A DNA stretch of 64,000 bases, taken from positions 21,576,001 to 21,640,000 of the forward strand of contig OX597815.1 of assembly GCA_951406725.2 (NCBI GenBank), read 5' to 3'. The translations under genes were made by a program, and so were the position numbers. Shown piece after piece: positions 1-12,800 of this stretch; within the stretch, counting starts at the first letter, position 1; every line of letters starts with the position of its first letter. The notes below the pieces were generated by a model. That model ran no database searches. It worked only from the letters and a program-made list of their open reading frames with translations, and was not told the origin of the DNA. Source of the stretch: Octopus vulgaris. Taxonomy: Eukaryota.

Positions 1-169
1 GTCCCAGATTATTGTAATTTTAGTATATCATTACTGTACATCTAATAAAATGACCTGCCAACTTTTGTTATTCCAAATTAAAGGTAACAGCTGTAACAAC
101 ACTTTGAACACACCTTACTAAACACTGCTGCCACTGCTGACTAGTCTGGAGAATGGAGTTGGGACGTTT

Positions 170-808
170 GGAAGCTCACTATGCAATAAGGTTTTGTGTT
201 AAATTTGGGGAAAAATGCAACAGAAACATGAATCAACCTTTTTTGCTGGTACAAGAGGTTCAAGGACGACAGAGAGGAGGTGAGAGCTGATAAGTGTGGG
301 ATGGAAAAAGACATCAAAACATCAGAGCTGATTGAGAGAATTTGCAATTTTCCAGATGAAGACAATCGTGTGTCTATAAAGACAATTGGTATATAGTTTG
401 AAGTTGGTGTAGCAACTGTACACAGAATTATTTGGGAAGATCTGCAGATGCACAAGATTTGTGCAGTTTGTTTTTAGGGTATTCAGTGATAAGCATCCTG
501 ATAACCAATTATTTGACAGAGATGGACATTAAAACTGTACCTCACCCTCCTTAGAGCCCAGACCTTGAAACCCTGTAACCCTTGGCTGTCCCCCAAACTG
601 GGGGAGAGCCTCGGAGACAGTCGTTTTGAAGATGAAGGAGATTTTGGAGTATTTCTCTGGGGATCTTCATGAAGTGGCTGCAGCATTACAACAAATGCAT
701 TGAAGTCAGAGCATCATACTTTGAAGGAGATTAAGATTTTGGACTTCCTGAGTTAATTAAATGTCTCTCCTGAAAAAGTCTGAAAACTTGTGGCATGTAC
801 TTTGTACT
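170..808 (+). mobile_element. Degenerate mariner transposon (internally deleted)
   Basis: Broken frames give FCVKxGKNATET, WYKRFKDDREEV, GVATVHRIIWEDLQMHKICA, a PHPPxSPDL-like motif and YNKCIEVRASYFEGD-stop. Confidence 0.85.
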
Positions 809-879
809 TTTAACAAGCTTTCAGAGTAGTTAAAGAATTACATATCATGCATGTTCCGATTGCTAACTATCATTGTGTA

Positions 880-1281
880 TCTTTGCTCTTTTGCTTGTTT
901 CAGTCATTTGACTGCGGCCATGCTGGAGCACCGCCTTTAGTCGAGCAAATTGACCCCGGGACTTATTCTTTGTAAGCCCAGTACTTATTCTATCATTCTG
1001 TTTTGCCAAACCATTAAGTGACGGCGACGTAAACACACCAGCATCGGTTGTCAAGCAATGCTAGGGGGACAAACACACACACACAAACATACACACACAC
1101 ACATATATACATATATACGACGGGCTTCTTTCAGTTTCCGTCTACCAAATCCACTCACAAGGCTTTGGTCGGCCCGAGGCTATAGTAGAAGACACTTGTC
1201 CAAGATGCCACGCAGTGGGACTGAACCCAGAACCATGTGGTTGGTAAGCAAGCTACTTACCACACAGCCACTCCTGCGCCT
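880..1281 (-). mobile_element. tRNA-derived SINE family A (head GGCGCAGGAGTGGCTGTGTGG)
   Basis: Pol III A-box/B-box-like head (TGGCTGTGTGG, GGTTCAGTCC), central (TA)n/(TG)n and conserved tail. At least five further near-identical copies occur in the window. Confidence 0.9.
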
Positions 1282-1394
1282 ATTACATCTGTTACATATT
1301 TTCAGCAGTCAGCTTGCCTGAGATCCTACTATACTTTTTGTTGTGAATCCATAGCTTATATTGGTTACATGCTTGATATAAAGTGTCTACCTAC

Positions 1395-1760
1395 TCCTTT
1401 TCTGCATGCCGAGTGTCGCCACTTCTCATACGACAATAGTGTTCTATATTCCTTACTGTTAAAACTTGTCGTTTTTTAGGCTTAACTCCCAGCCTCGGTT
1501 TTAAACCATGATTCCATGTTCTGAACTTTTCGTTTAATTCTTCGAAAAGGTCCACAATGAGAATTAGATCAACATTCATGTGTTTCGTAGACGGTCTGTT
1601 TTAAACTCTTTGAACTATAATAAGCAAAACGTGGATTGAGGAACGAACCATAATGGACAGCTAAATGCTTCACTGAGCTCGTTAACTCACTTTGTTGACA
1701 GCATAGTGTCCCTATATATGAACTGCATACCTTTCAGAAGCCATTTGTAGCGGGATGGGT
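1395..1760 (-). mobile_element. RTE-clade LINE reverse-transcriptase remnant
   Basis: DLILIVDLFEELNEKFRTWNHGL resembles the (Y)ADDLVLIAESxEEL...KF..WK.GL segment of RTE RT; upstream decayed sequence resembles the GVHQGSVLSPLLF region. Confidence 0.6.
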
Positions 1761-2819
1761 AGCAAAAGGTGTTGAGGTAGCAGATGAAATAGGCATGTGG
1801 ACGACATCAAAGTAAAACAATGGGAAAGCATCGGATTGTGGTTTAAATAATTTATTTAATCGACACTCATATTTACGTGTTGTATACACTAGGAAGTCCG
1901 CTACAAGACATTACCAACTTAAGAAGGGGATGTTAAGGGAGGTAACTCTAACGTAATGTACTCCAATATATAGAATCTATGAAAAATACAGTATTTGTGA
2001 GCGCACATCCTTTCAAAGACTGAATAACTATTTTAAGTACATTTCAATTAAACAAAACTTTAAACTTTAAAATTCTGTCTGAAATGACACAAGAAAATAT
2101 TGGCAGAGTTTCGGAATAACTCACTCACATAAGTTGGATTTTCTGCGTTTTCACCGGGATTTCTCATTTTTTTTTTACATCATGCATTTCAAAATGATTG
2201 GTGGTGGCGGTGGAGCCTTTTAGACAAAAATAAACAAAAAAAAAACAAAAACAAAAAACAAGACAAAACAAAAAAACCCATAACTTTTTAAACTGCTTTC
2301 CACTTTGCCCCATACCTTCAGGAAAGAAATCACCATTAAAAAAAAATTCCCTTTACTCCGTCTTATTATTATATTTCATAGTCTGAAATGTATGTCGATT
2401 AAAGTTTTAGAGGGAAGTTAGAGGGAAAAAAAATAAATAAAAAAAAAAATTAAATCCATGTTTTGAATGCATCCCTCCCACCAAATAGCAACCACCAAAA
2501 AAAAAATTTTTTTTAAAATTTTTACTCATTTTATATTCTATATTCTGAAACGTTTGGAATTCACATTTAAAACAAAATATATGGATTTAAACATTTTTTT
2601 TATTCTAAAAATTTGTATCACATATATTTCAGAATATGGAATATAATAATAGGAAGTGGAGGGGGGCGAAAAAAAAAATTAGATTTTTAATGATTTCTTT
2701 TATTATGAAGATGTGGAGTGTTGAGAAGAACAGTATGGATTAAAAAACAATTATGAAAGGCTTCCTCTCGTCACTTGGGAGTGGTGCAAAAAAAAAACAA
2801 ACAAAAAAAAAACAACAAA

Positions 2820-2975
2820 TGAGTGGCTGTGTGGTAAGTAGCTTGCTTACCAACCTCATGGTTCCGGGTTCAGTCCCACTGCGTGGCACCTTGGGCAAGT
2901 GTCTTCTACTATAGCCTCGGGCCGACCAAAGCCTTGTGAGTGGATTTGGTAGGCGGAAACTGAAAGAAGCCCGTC

Positions 2976-3056
<81 letters not shown>

Positions 3057-3260
3057 TGTGTGTGTTTGTCCTCCTAGCATTGCTTGACAACCGATGCTAG
3101 TGTGTTTATGTCCCCGTAACTTAGCGGTTCGGCAAAAGAGACCGATAGAATAAGTACTGGGCTTACAAAAGAATAAGTCCCGGGGTCGAGTTGCTCGATT
3201 AAAGGCGGTGCTCCAGCATAGCCGCAGTCAAATGACTGAAACAAGTGAAAGAGTATAGAG
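2820..3260 (+). mobile_element. SINE family A copy
   Basis: Reverse complement of the 880-1281 element, with an expanded internal (TA)n. Confidence 0.9.
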
Positions 3261-4266
3261 TAAAAGAAAAAGAAAAAAGATTTGAAAAATCTGGGCGAAA
3301 ACGGAGAAACTTCAACTCATCTCTCTGTGAGCTATTCCGAAACTCCGCCGAAATATCTTCTTCAGTGTTTCTCTCTTTTAAATGGTGTATTGCGTTTAAG
3401 AATTTTAAATTTCACTTTTATGCTGCTAATTATGAATGAAATGATTTGTATTGTTTACGGCATGTAGTACTTATTCTTACTTTATTCCAATAAAACAGCA
3501 AAAAAAAAAAGAAAAAAAAGAAAACTGTGCGAAACCCTCGGCTTTGAGTCACTCTAACTTCTGTCGATTTTTAATATAAAAACATATATACACTCATGTT
3601 TTGAATTTTATTTTTCCTGTTTACTCTCCCAAATCTGTCTGTCTGTCTGTCTGTTTGTCTGTTTGTCTATCTGTCTGTTTGTCTATCTGTCTGTCTTTCT
3701 GTCTGTCCGTCCGTCTGTCTATTTGTCTGACTGTCTGTCTGTCTGTCTGCCTGTATACCTGTCTGCCTGTCTGTCTCTCAGTCCGTGCGTCACCCTCCCT
3801 CACTATATTTTAATCCAAAAATTACTATTGAAAAGAGTTATTTCCCTTGAATTATGCTTCGATAAAAATCTATGCTGCATTGTGCAGTTTCTAATATCAA
3901 TTTATGAACGGATTTTGATGCACAGTGCAACCTGTAACGTTTTAGAAAAGTCAAATGATATCATAATGCTATATTTTCTATTAACTAACTCTGTTTGTGT
4001 TATGCTTACTTTAAAATTGCTCTTTTCTGTTCGAAATTGTTATTTAAATCATCAACTTCACTTGATGTGACATGTTCATACTTAAAATTGCAAATACTGT
4101 TTACGTCGGTAAAATAAAAATTAAAATTAGATAACTTCATATTACGTCTCGTGCAAGTCCTTCTTTGGAACACCAGAACTCACTTCTCTTTAAAACCTGT
4201 TGTATATTCCGAATCATATTTATGATGGTGCTGAAATTTGAGATAAAACTTTAGGCTACCTGTAAA

Positions 4267-4576
4267 ATCACGTGATCACGTGACCGACCAGGCTATCAGA
4301 TGTTGCCACACATCGCTGGTCACAATGCGCTTTGCATTGTTTTCGCCTTCAAATGACGCCACCCCTCTGGCTAAGCGAGCAGGCCTACAGAAGAAAGAGT
4401 GAGAGAAAGTTGTGGCGAAAGAGTACAGCAGTGATCGCCACCACTCCCTGCCGGAGCCTCTTGGAGTTTTAGGTGATTTCGCTCAGTAAATACTCACAAC
4501 GCCCGGTCTGGGAATCGAAACCGTGATCGTACGACAGCGAGTTCGCTGCCCTAACCACTGGGCCATTGCGCCTCCA
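4267..4576 (-). mobile_element. tRNA-derived SINE family B (head GGAGGCGCAATGGCCCAGTGGTTAGGGCAGC), tail type 1
   Basis: tRNA-like head with A/B boxes; matches the copy at 42380-42675. Confidence 0.88.
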
Positions 4577-4918
4577 CGCCTGTAAAATAGACGGATAATT
4601 CTTTGACTTACAAGTACTGAATAAAACATTAGCCTTGGGAAAAGCTACATGAGATACGCTAGTGTTCTATCAGGGTTGTCTTTCAACTAGTTTCATATGT
4701 TACAATCTTAATATGAGCTCAAGCACAGAGAATCAAATAGATTTATGAAAGGAAATAATTTTGTATGTATTTGGCAGTCAGTTAAGGATGTTTTGCAGCC
4801 GGTCATTTGGTTTTCAGACGTTTCTTTTGCGCTACTAGTTAACGTATCAGCTTGTTTCTTGCTTGGGTTAGAAGTAATATTTACCCGCATTTGAACGTGG
4901 ATGTTCTATTAAAATAAA

Positions 4919-5865
4919 CTGCATATACTTTACTGCATATATTTTATACGCACTTTCTGACCATTACTGCATATACTTTATACTTTATACGCACTTTCTG
5001 ACCATTACTGCATATACTTTATATTTTATACGCACTTTCTGACCATTACTGCATATACTTTATACTTTATACGCACTTTCTGACCATTACTGCATATACT
5101 TTATACTTTATACGCACTTTCTGACCATTACTGCATATACTTTATACTTTATACGCACTTTCTGACCATTACTGCATATACTTTATACTTTATACGCACT
5201 TTCTGACCATTGCTGCATATACTTTATACTTTATACGCACTTTCTGACCATTACTGCATATACTTTATACTTTATACGCACTTTCTGACCATTGCTGCAT
5301 ATACTTTATACTTTATACGCACTTTCTGACCATTACTGCATATACTTTATACTTTATACGCACTTTCTGACCATTACTGCATATACTTTATACTTTATAC
5401 GCACTTTCTGACCATTACTGCATATACTTTATACTTTATACGCACTTTCTGACCATTACTGCATATACTTTATACTTTATACGCACTTTCTGACCATTAC
5501 TGCATATACTTTATATTTTATACGCACTTTCTGACCATTACTGAATATACTTTATATTTTATACGCACTTTCTGACAATTACTGCATATACTTTATATTT
5601 TATACGCACTTTCTGACCATTACTGCATATACTTTATATTTTATACGCACTTTCTGACCATTACTGCATATACTTTATATTTTATACGCACTTTCTGACC
5701 ATTACTGCATATACTTTATATTTTATACGCACTTTCTGACCATTACTGCATATACTTTATATTTTATACGCACTTTCTGACCATTACTGCATATACTTTA
5801 TATTTTATACGCACTTTCTGACCATTACTGCATATACTTTATACTTTATACGCACTTTCTGACAA
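4919..5865. repeat. 41-bp minisatellite, ~23 copies (TTACTGCATATACTTTATAC/TTTATACGCACTTTCTGACCA)
   Basis: Period 41 read directly. Runs into GACAAGTTGTGGTGCACCTGAGCACTGTATACAATAATTTCATTAT, the CR1-type 3' tail also seen at 36840-36920. Confidence 0.95.
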
Positions 5866-6033
5866 GTTGTGGTGCACCTGAGCACTGTATACAATAATTT
5901 CATTATATCATTATATTATAAACTTTACTGCGGTAATTACCACGAGAGGAACTTTCGTATTGGCTTTCTGGTGCAAAATGCTCTCATGTTTATATCGCTA
6001 GCGGGGAGATAAGTCCCAGCTACTCCCAGCGCA

Positions 6034-6088
6034 GAGACGAACAGATCACGTGATTTCGACCTAGTTTGGTCTTGTCAATGATAGACAC
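6034..6088 (-). ncRNA. Minimal type-I hammerhead-ribozyme-like motif (U3-A8 variant)
   Basis: Minus strand: tca-TTGACAA-gacc(aaacta)ggtc-GAAA-T-CACGTG-A-TC-tgt. 4-bp stem II, palindromic stem III, AUC cleavage triplet; stem I is weak. Confidence 0.55.
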
Positions 6089-6110
6089 TCTTCCTCTCTT
6101 TTCTATTACT

Positions 6111-6492
6111 GGAAGCACTCCGTCGGTTACGACGACGAGGGTTCCGGTTGATCCGATCAACGGAACAGCCTGCTCGTGAAATTAACGTGTAAGTGGCTGA
6201 GCACTCCACAGACACGTGTACCCTTAACGTAGTTCTCGGGGATATTCAGCGTGACACAGAGAGTGACAAGGCCGGCCCTTTGAAATACAGGTACAACAGA
6301 AACAGGAAGTAAGAGTGAGAGAAAGTTGTGGTGAAAGAGTACAGCAGGGATCACCACCATCCCCTGCCGGAGCCTCGTGGAGCTTTTAGGTGTTTTCGCT
6401 CAATAAACACTCATAACGCCCAGTCTGGGAATCGAAACCGCGATCCTACGACCGCGAGTCCGCTGCCCTAACCACTGGGCCATTGCGCCTCC
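6111..6492 (-). mobile_element. SINE family B copy, tail type 2, with 11-bp TSD
   Basis: Same head as 4267-4576 but a different 3' half; TTTCTATTACT is duplicated at 6100-6110 and 6493-6503. Confidence 0.88.
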
Positions 6493-7025
6493 TTTCTATT
6501 ACTACTATTATGACCTCCACTCCTCGCAGCTAACTACTCTCGAGTTACTGCCATTCAGGCACATCTGACTGACTTGTTCCTTCTCATCTCGTCACCATAA
6601 TGTTCCCAGCCCACCAGCACTACCAAGAATTGCCCTACCCATTAGGTCCCTTCCTTCTCAGAACATCAGAAGGCCCGCGAAGGCCACAAATAGAGTCTCT
6701 TGCTCCAGGCTAAAAGGAAAAGAGTAAAAAGCAGATTACAGAGGCCTAATTTCACAGGATATCCACAAGTTATTGGTTGAAATACAGCAATGAAAATAAC
6801 GCCGGATTATCAAATAAATAACACATCATAGTAACTAATTAAATGATAATTTATTGCTAAAAAATTTCAATTATTTCATACAGCGACAGTCACGTGGATA
6901 CATTTATTTGACCATGTGTATGTGTGTGTACTTTATATATATAGAGAGAGAGCGATTTAACTCTTAGTTCTTATAATGTAGGTGTTTCCTAATAGCCTAG
7001 TCACATTTATTGACATTTGTACTTC

Positions 7026-7066
<41 letters not shown>

Positions 7067-7133
7067 ATGTATGTATGTATGTATAGGTTTGGTGATGCTA
7101 GCAGGAAAGTAGAACCCAAAGCATGAGTGTATA

Positions 7134-7173
<40 letters not shown>

Positions 7174-7807
7174 TAAATTAAACTAATGAGGGTAGAAATT
7201 GATATCAATCAATTAACATAAATTTAAACCAGTGGTCTAGAATATTCAAAAAAAGTCCGAACGTTTAAAAATGCGAAAAGTTTATTTGTCTCATTTTGGG
7301 ATTGGAACGGGTTAAGGGGCACTAGATGGGGTCGGATTGGCTCCAAAATTTACAGGGACATGTAAAAAGAGGCGAGGAAGTGAGTGGACTAGGTTAGAAA
7401 CTCCTATCCCAAAAGTTGTGGTTACTAGGGCAACAAAACCCACACTTTGACAAGTGTTTGTCGTTTCTCTCTTTCGCATATCACCCTGTCTTCCTCCATC
7501 TCTCTCTTTCCTTCTTTTCCTCCAATTTCTCTCTATAACGACGTTTGACAGCTTCGTCTCTCTGTCACTCTTTCTTCCCCCACCTCTCTCACTTTATGTC
7601 TGTCTGTATCTATAGATAGAAAGCGTTGACAGCCGCAAAAGTTTTAATATTCCCGCCACAGGTCTTTTAGAACGGTGAATTATTATCGCCCACCACCACC
7701 GCACAATCATAAAAGATATTATTAATCAGATATATTGTGTTAATTTATATATATATGTGTGTATATAAATATATATATAATGCGTATATATGTACATATG
7801 TAATGCG

Positions 7808-7851
<44 letters not shown>

Positions 7852-8136
7852 GTGTGCATATGTGGTCGGATTGTGCTGAAAATATGCACACCTATGTTAA
7901 AAGTGCTAGCGAGGTTGCATGTTGTTCTAGAGAACTAATTTTTGCATGTATAAATACTGAAATTTCTTTAATGGCAAAAGGCCGCTATATGTATAAATAT
8001 TGATATGAATATAATATACGAATATATATGATATATGACGGTATATAGTCCATTATGTATATACGGTTACTGAAGAATGCATAGTAGATGAAGTCAAAAC
8101 TCATATCAGAAATATTGAGTGAAGGTCAATACCCTT

Positions 8137-8217
8137 CTAGTTTAAATATTCCTTCGGCCCAAATCGTCTCACTAAATACGCCCATTTTGAAGGTCGGTAA
8201 TGGATCGCCGGCGGTTT
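8137..8217 (-). CDS. IB-domain protein, probable terminal coding exon 4 (basic/aromatic tail)
   Basis: Strong acceptor ttttgtatttttcag; the phase-0 frame gives KPPAIHYRPSKWAYLVRRFGPKEYLN-TAG. AT-rich UTR-like sequence follows, with minus-strand AATAAA at 7281-7286 and 6850-6855. No homology check was possible. Confidence 0.55.
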   Translation of the reverse strand, partial: KPPAIHYRPSKWAYLVRRFGPKEYLN

Positions 8218-9034
8218 CTGAAAAATACAAAACTATGATTTAATACTTTGTAATTATTTTGTAACATGTTGACTGGACAAGAGGTAAAGAGTTGGAAATG
8301 GTGTTAGAACATCTGTCTGTTGTATAATTTTAAAGGTTTCTGTCCTTGGTTTATTCTTTTACGGGTGAGTATAGTTAGTCTGCGGCTATGGTGAGGCACA
8401 GTAAACAAGGATTTCAGGCGAAGCTGACACATGTTTCATTCCCTCATGAACTTTTTTATCGAGTGTTTTACCATTTTGCGATTACGGATAGCCAAACATA
8501 ATAGAGATGGCAATAACCAAGCAATGCTTGTGTCCAAAGTTTTAAAAGGACGCATACCTTTCTCTAAACAACAGATACATTCGCCTTTAAAGAACTAGTC
8601 TGCAGCATTGGATGCAAAGGAAGTCGTAGGTGATACATTTTCCCTTCTCTTAGAAAAATGCGTAATCAAAGACTAGAGGTCCCCCACTCCCAGCTGTTGG
8701 ATGGCTGTGGACTACTGAGTTCATCCGCCCTTCGACAGGCCTTGTTTTTCCTCCGACGAAAACCATCTTACCAAGCAGGCTTGGTGGATTAACGGTGTAG
8801 TCACCAACGGCCCGACCATGCTGTACTGGGTTACAAGTTACCCGTAGCACTGGGCTGAACTTGGCATCTTGAGGAGAGAATCGAAATCCTTAATCCGTAC
8901 ATTACAAATGATCACGACACGCGGAACTTTACAAATCTGTAAGAATTTCTTAAAACAAGATGCTTTCCTTCACAACCTTGCTACCAAGTAGGTGGTCGGT
9001 TAAAATTTACTTTAAAATTAAAAAGGAAAAGAGA

Positions 9035-9065
<31 letters not shown>

Positions 9066-9570
9066 CATACGTATTTAAGTATGTGTGTATGTGTGTGTGT
9101 GTATGTATGTATGTATGCATGCATGCATGCATGTATGTATGTATGTATGTATATATATATATATATGTATGTATGTGTGTATGTGTGTGTGCATATATAT
9201 ACGTGTATGTATGTGTGTATGTATCTTTATGTGTTAAATTTTTAATGACCTAACATTTTATTTTGTTTTGTTTAGTAGATATACTAGTACGCAGACATAT
9301 CAGAATGAAAATAAAACAGTAATTAGATCCTTGTGGAACTGAAGTCTTCAAGTGAGCCCCAAATTCCGGTTCCTGCTAATTGTCTATAACTTTATGTAGG
9401 GACAAACATATTTCCTGACTGTTCCTATCCCAGCAATATACTTTGATGAAAACAAGGCCAGAGAATAATGACGCCTTTTTTTTTCATACGATCCTTAAGG
9501 GGAACAGCTGTCAATGTAGATTAATACCTCCTCTACTTCCTCTCTGTCTCCTCTCCTCTTCTCTCTCTCT

Positions 9571-9635
<65 letters not shown>

Positions 9636-9780
9636 GTGTACAATACACACACACAATTTAATACGAGTATCGTTCCAATACAAACCTATGCATTCTAAGT
9701 GTAAAAATACTTTCCTTAATTAAAAAGTTTAAAGCAACAGCAACGACGATGATGATGACGACGACGACGACGACGACGAC

Positions 9781-9821
<41 letters not shown>

Positions 9822-9829
9822 GTTCTTTA

Positions 9830-12800
9830 TTAACCACTAAGGATTTACGAAGTGATGGGGGACAGTACAGGACGGAAAATACAATTTGGGGTTACATAAA
9901 AGTATAGACAGTAAAATAACAGAAAAGAAGAAATAAAAAGGTTCAAACAAGAAATAATTTCCCAAAAGAGTGTAAAGATGGAGACTTCCGAGGACTGTTC
10001 GTGGAAACCCTCACAAAACCAGTCACTCTGACCACTAGGGCAAATACTCTCTCCCTAACCTTCTACCTCACTCCACAGGCGCATGCTCAGAGCAAACCTG
10101 TGAGCTCGGATCAACCTTGCCACTCTCATTCACCTTTCAACAAATTTGCTGAAAGATAGTACTTCACTCTTCAATCACACTTTTCTTTTCAAGTGTAACT
10201 TGAAAAAAATTGATGAGGGCTTTGCTAATAGGAAAGTGCCTGTCTTTAGCCCTTTTCATCCAGTCCTCTACACAAACTCTTTCATTAAGACTGCCAGACA
10301 GGACTGCCTGCCCTTCCCAGCCAAAGGAAAGAGGCGATCTTCACAGTGAACTCAGCAGATGGCCGGATCCATCCTAGACGCGAAAGCAGATGTTCGACAG
10401 AACTTCACAAGTCAGCAATGCTCGGGTACTGGATAGGTGCGTTCAGAACAGTTTCGTCACTCTGCACGCATTTCGGACAGGCCCGGCTGATGACACTGTT
10501 ATTTTGTCTCGAACCAGCAATGCACCCCACTTCCTCAGTAGTACAGCCAGGCTATAGATTTCTGGAAATTATCCATGAGTCATGATCTAAAAGTCTTCCG
10601 AAACAGACCGGCTTATTTTCTTCGACGTCCAGACTTTTACTGAGTGCCTCATCGCTCTTAGCTGCCACTAATCTTCCATAGAACGCTTAAGTGAAACTTA
10701 CAACAACCGCATTGGTCGATTGGCAGAAGGCTGTAAGCGCCTGACAATATTCAAGGTCCCAGGTTTTCTGCCTCGATCTAGGCTTGATCCAGTTCTCTTA
10801 AAAATACAAGCTATGGAAAAGCGAGTTAGGCAAACGGTGATCATATTTACTCACCGTCAAGGAAACTCTGAAAAGGTAGCAGTCTTAGCGCTTACCTACA
10901 CACTATCATCTACGGATATTGACGAGAAATGGAGCGTCTGATCAGTGAACGTGTCCCTTCCTCGGAAAGCGGAAGACCTGACGACCCAGTCCAGTGAGAC
11001 GCACGATGGTCAGGTGATAATATAAAATGGAGATGTAAGCGTTCATCACATCTACCTGGTCATTCAGTGATCATTTCTACCCGACCTTTCAGGGATAGCT
11101 TTCTCTCGGCCCATCTCTAGGTGAAATTCGCCATTCTGATTGTCATTTCATCTCAGTTCTTCTCCATTTGATCATCTGTCCAATGCTCTTTGACGCTGTT
11201 GGACGGCATGGACTTGCCTATCCAGGTGCTGAGCAGCAGGCACACTGAATTTTCCTGGTTAATATTTGCTCCTCTCACTGCCTCGTTAACCCTTAATGCA
11301 GTACCGTTCGCCTAGATGTGCCTGGTGTCCGACAAAAAGATGATGATGTCCATGTATGCTGACATGGTTCTTCCACACCCTAGTTCGCGCGGGATGTTGC
11401 CCGACGTCTTTAGTTTCGCGAGTGGTAACTCAAGAGTCAGTACGTAAAATGACGAGAAAGGACAACCTTGGGAGACCAAGCGCATGATACTGAATGCTTC
11501 CAATAAGTGGCCAATCACCCTCACCACCGAGCAGATGTCGCTGTACATTGCAGCGATCGAACTGCGGAAGACGAGACCGAAACCGACCAAGAGACACCAA
11601 GTATTGGTAGTCGATCCGATCAAAAGTTTTGATTGATATAATTTGATCAGGACCCCACCCATAGCAGGCTCGTTACCAACCCTCTCTGTGATGTCCTGCG
11701 TGAGCTGGAGGTTATCGTAGACAGATATATACGGGAAGCACATGTTTGCACATCACCAGTTAAGATTATCATTGTGATCCCCCTTTGCTTGGGTCCTTTC
11801 TCAGTAACGCCACTGCTCTTCGACTCACGGAACTTGGAATTTTCTTGATCTGCTGTCAATTGTAGTAGGTGTTTAGCAAGAGGTCTTGAAACAAATCTGG
11901 CATTCAAAATTAAAACACGAAGGGCAGACCATCCAAACACGCCGTTCTTCCAACTATCGATTCCCGTATTTCCGTGGCTGTTATGAATTTTATTACCTGT
12001 TGCTATTTGCTCCGTTACCTTCTTCACAAGACATATCTGAGTGGTTCTAAGCGGGGAGTGGCATATATTAGGGAGTCATTATCTTTTTGGTTTTGTTAAT
12101 GTTTGTGGGCCTTCAGTTACTGTTTCGGTTGGTGATGTGATGGTTCTTGAGGACTGTGTTCGTTTAGTTGTTTTCGTTGCTATTGACGCCACAGTTTGTG
12201 TTGGTTCTGTTATTGTTGTTGTCGTCACGGCCGCTGATGCTGCTGTTTGGTTGTTACTACTACTACTTTCGCTGCTTGTTTTATTGTTTCAGTTGCTGCC
12301 ATTGTTGCTGTTGTGACTACAGGCTGCCGTTGGTGCTGCTGCTGCTGCTGTATGAAGGTGGGCTGAAAAGTTCACAGGCTGACTATGAAGAAGTGATGCT
12401 GGAGTTGTGAAATCTTGCATGCATTAATTTCAACATTTCTTGATAATAAGTGCATTATTTCCAGGTAAACTGAATTCTGAATGTTCAAAGACTTCAAAAA
12501 GTAATTAGTAGCGACTTCTCTTGAAAATGAACAAAATTTGGCATCGTGGTGTTATCAAGTACCTGCAGAAAAAGGGTCAAGGCCCCAACAATATTCATGC
12601 TGATATGCTTGCTACATTAGGGGATGATGCTTCAGTGTAAAAGTGGGCAGCTGAATTTAAGAGGGGAAGCGTGAGACTCTTGACCATGACCCGTATGAAC
12701 ACCTAGCAACTACCAACCCCGAGGAAAACATTGATCGTATTCGTCACAGGTGATAGATTTGATTATAAGCCAAATGACCAATCCTATTAGCATATCCCTT

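Noticed and set aside
4919-5865. Regular array superficially like a CRISPR
   Set aside because: Head-to-tail 41-bp units with no unique spacers, no cas genes, eukaryotic context.
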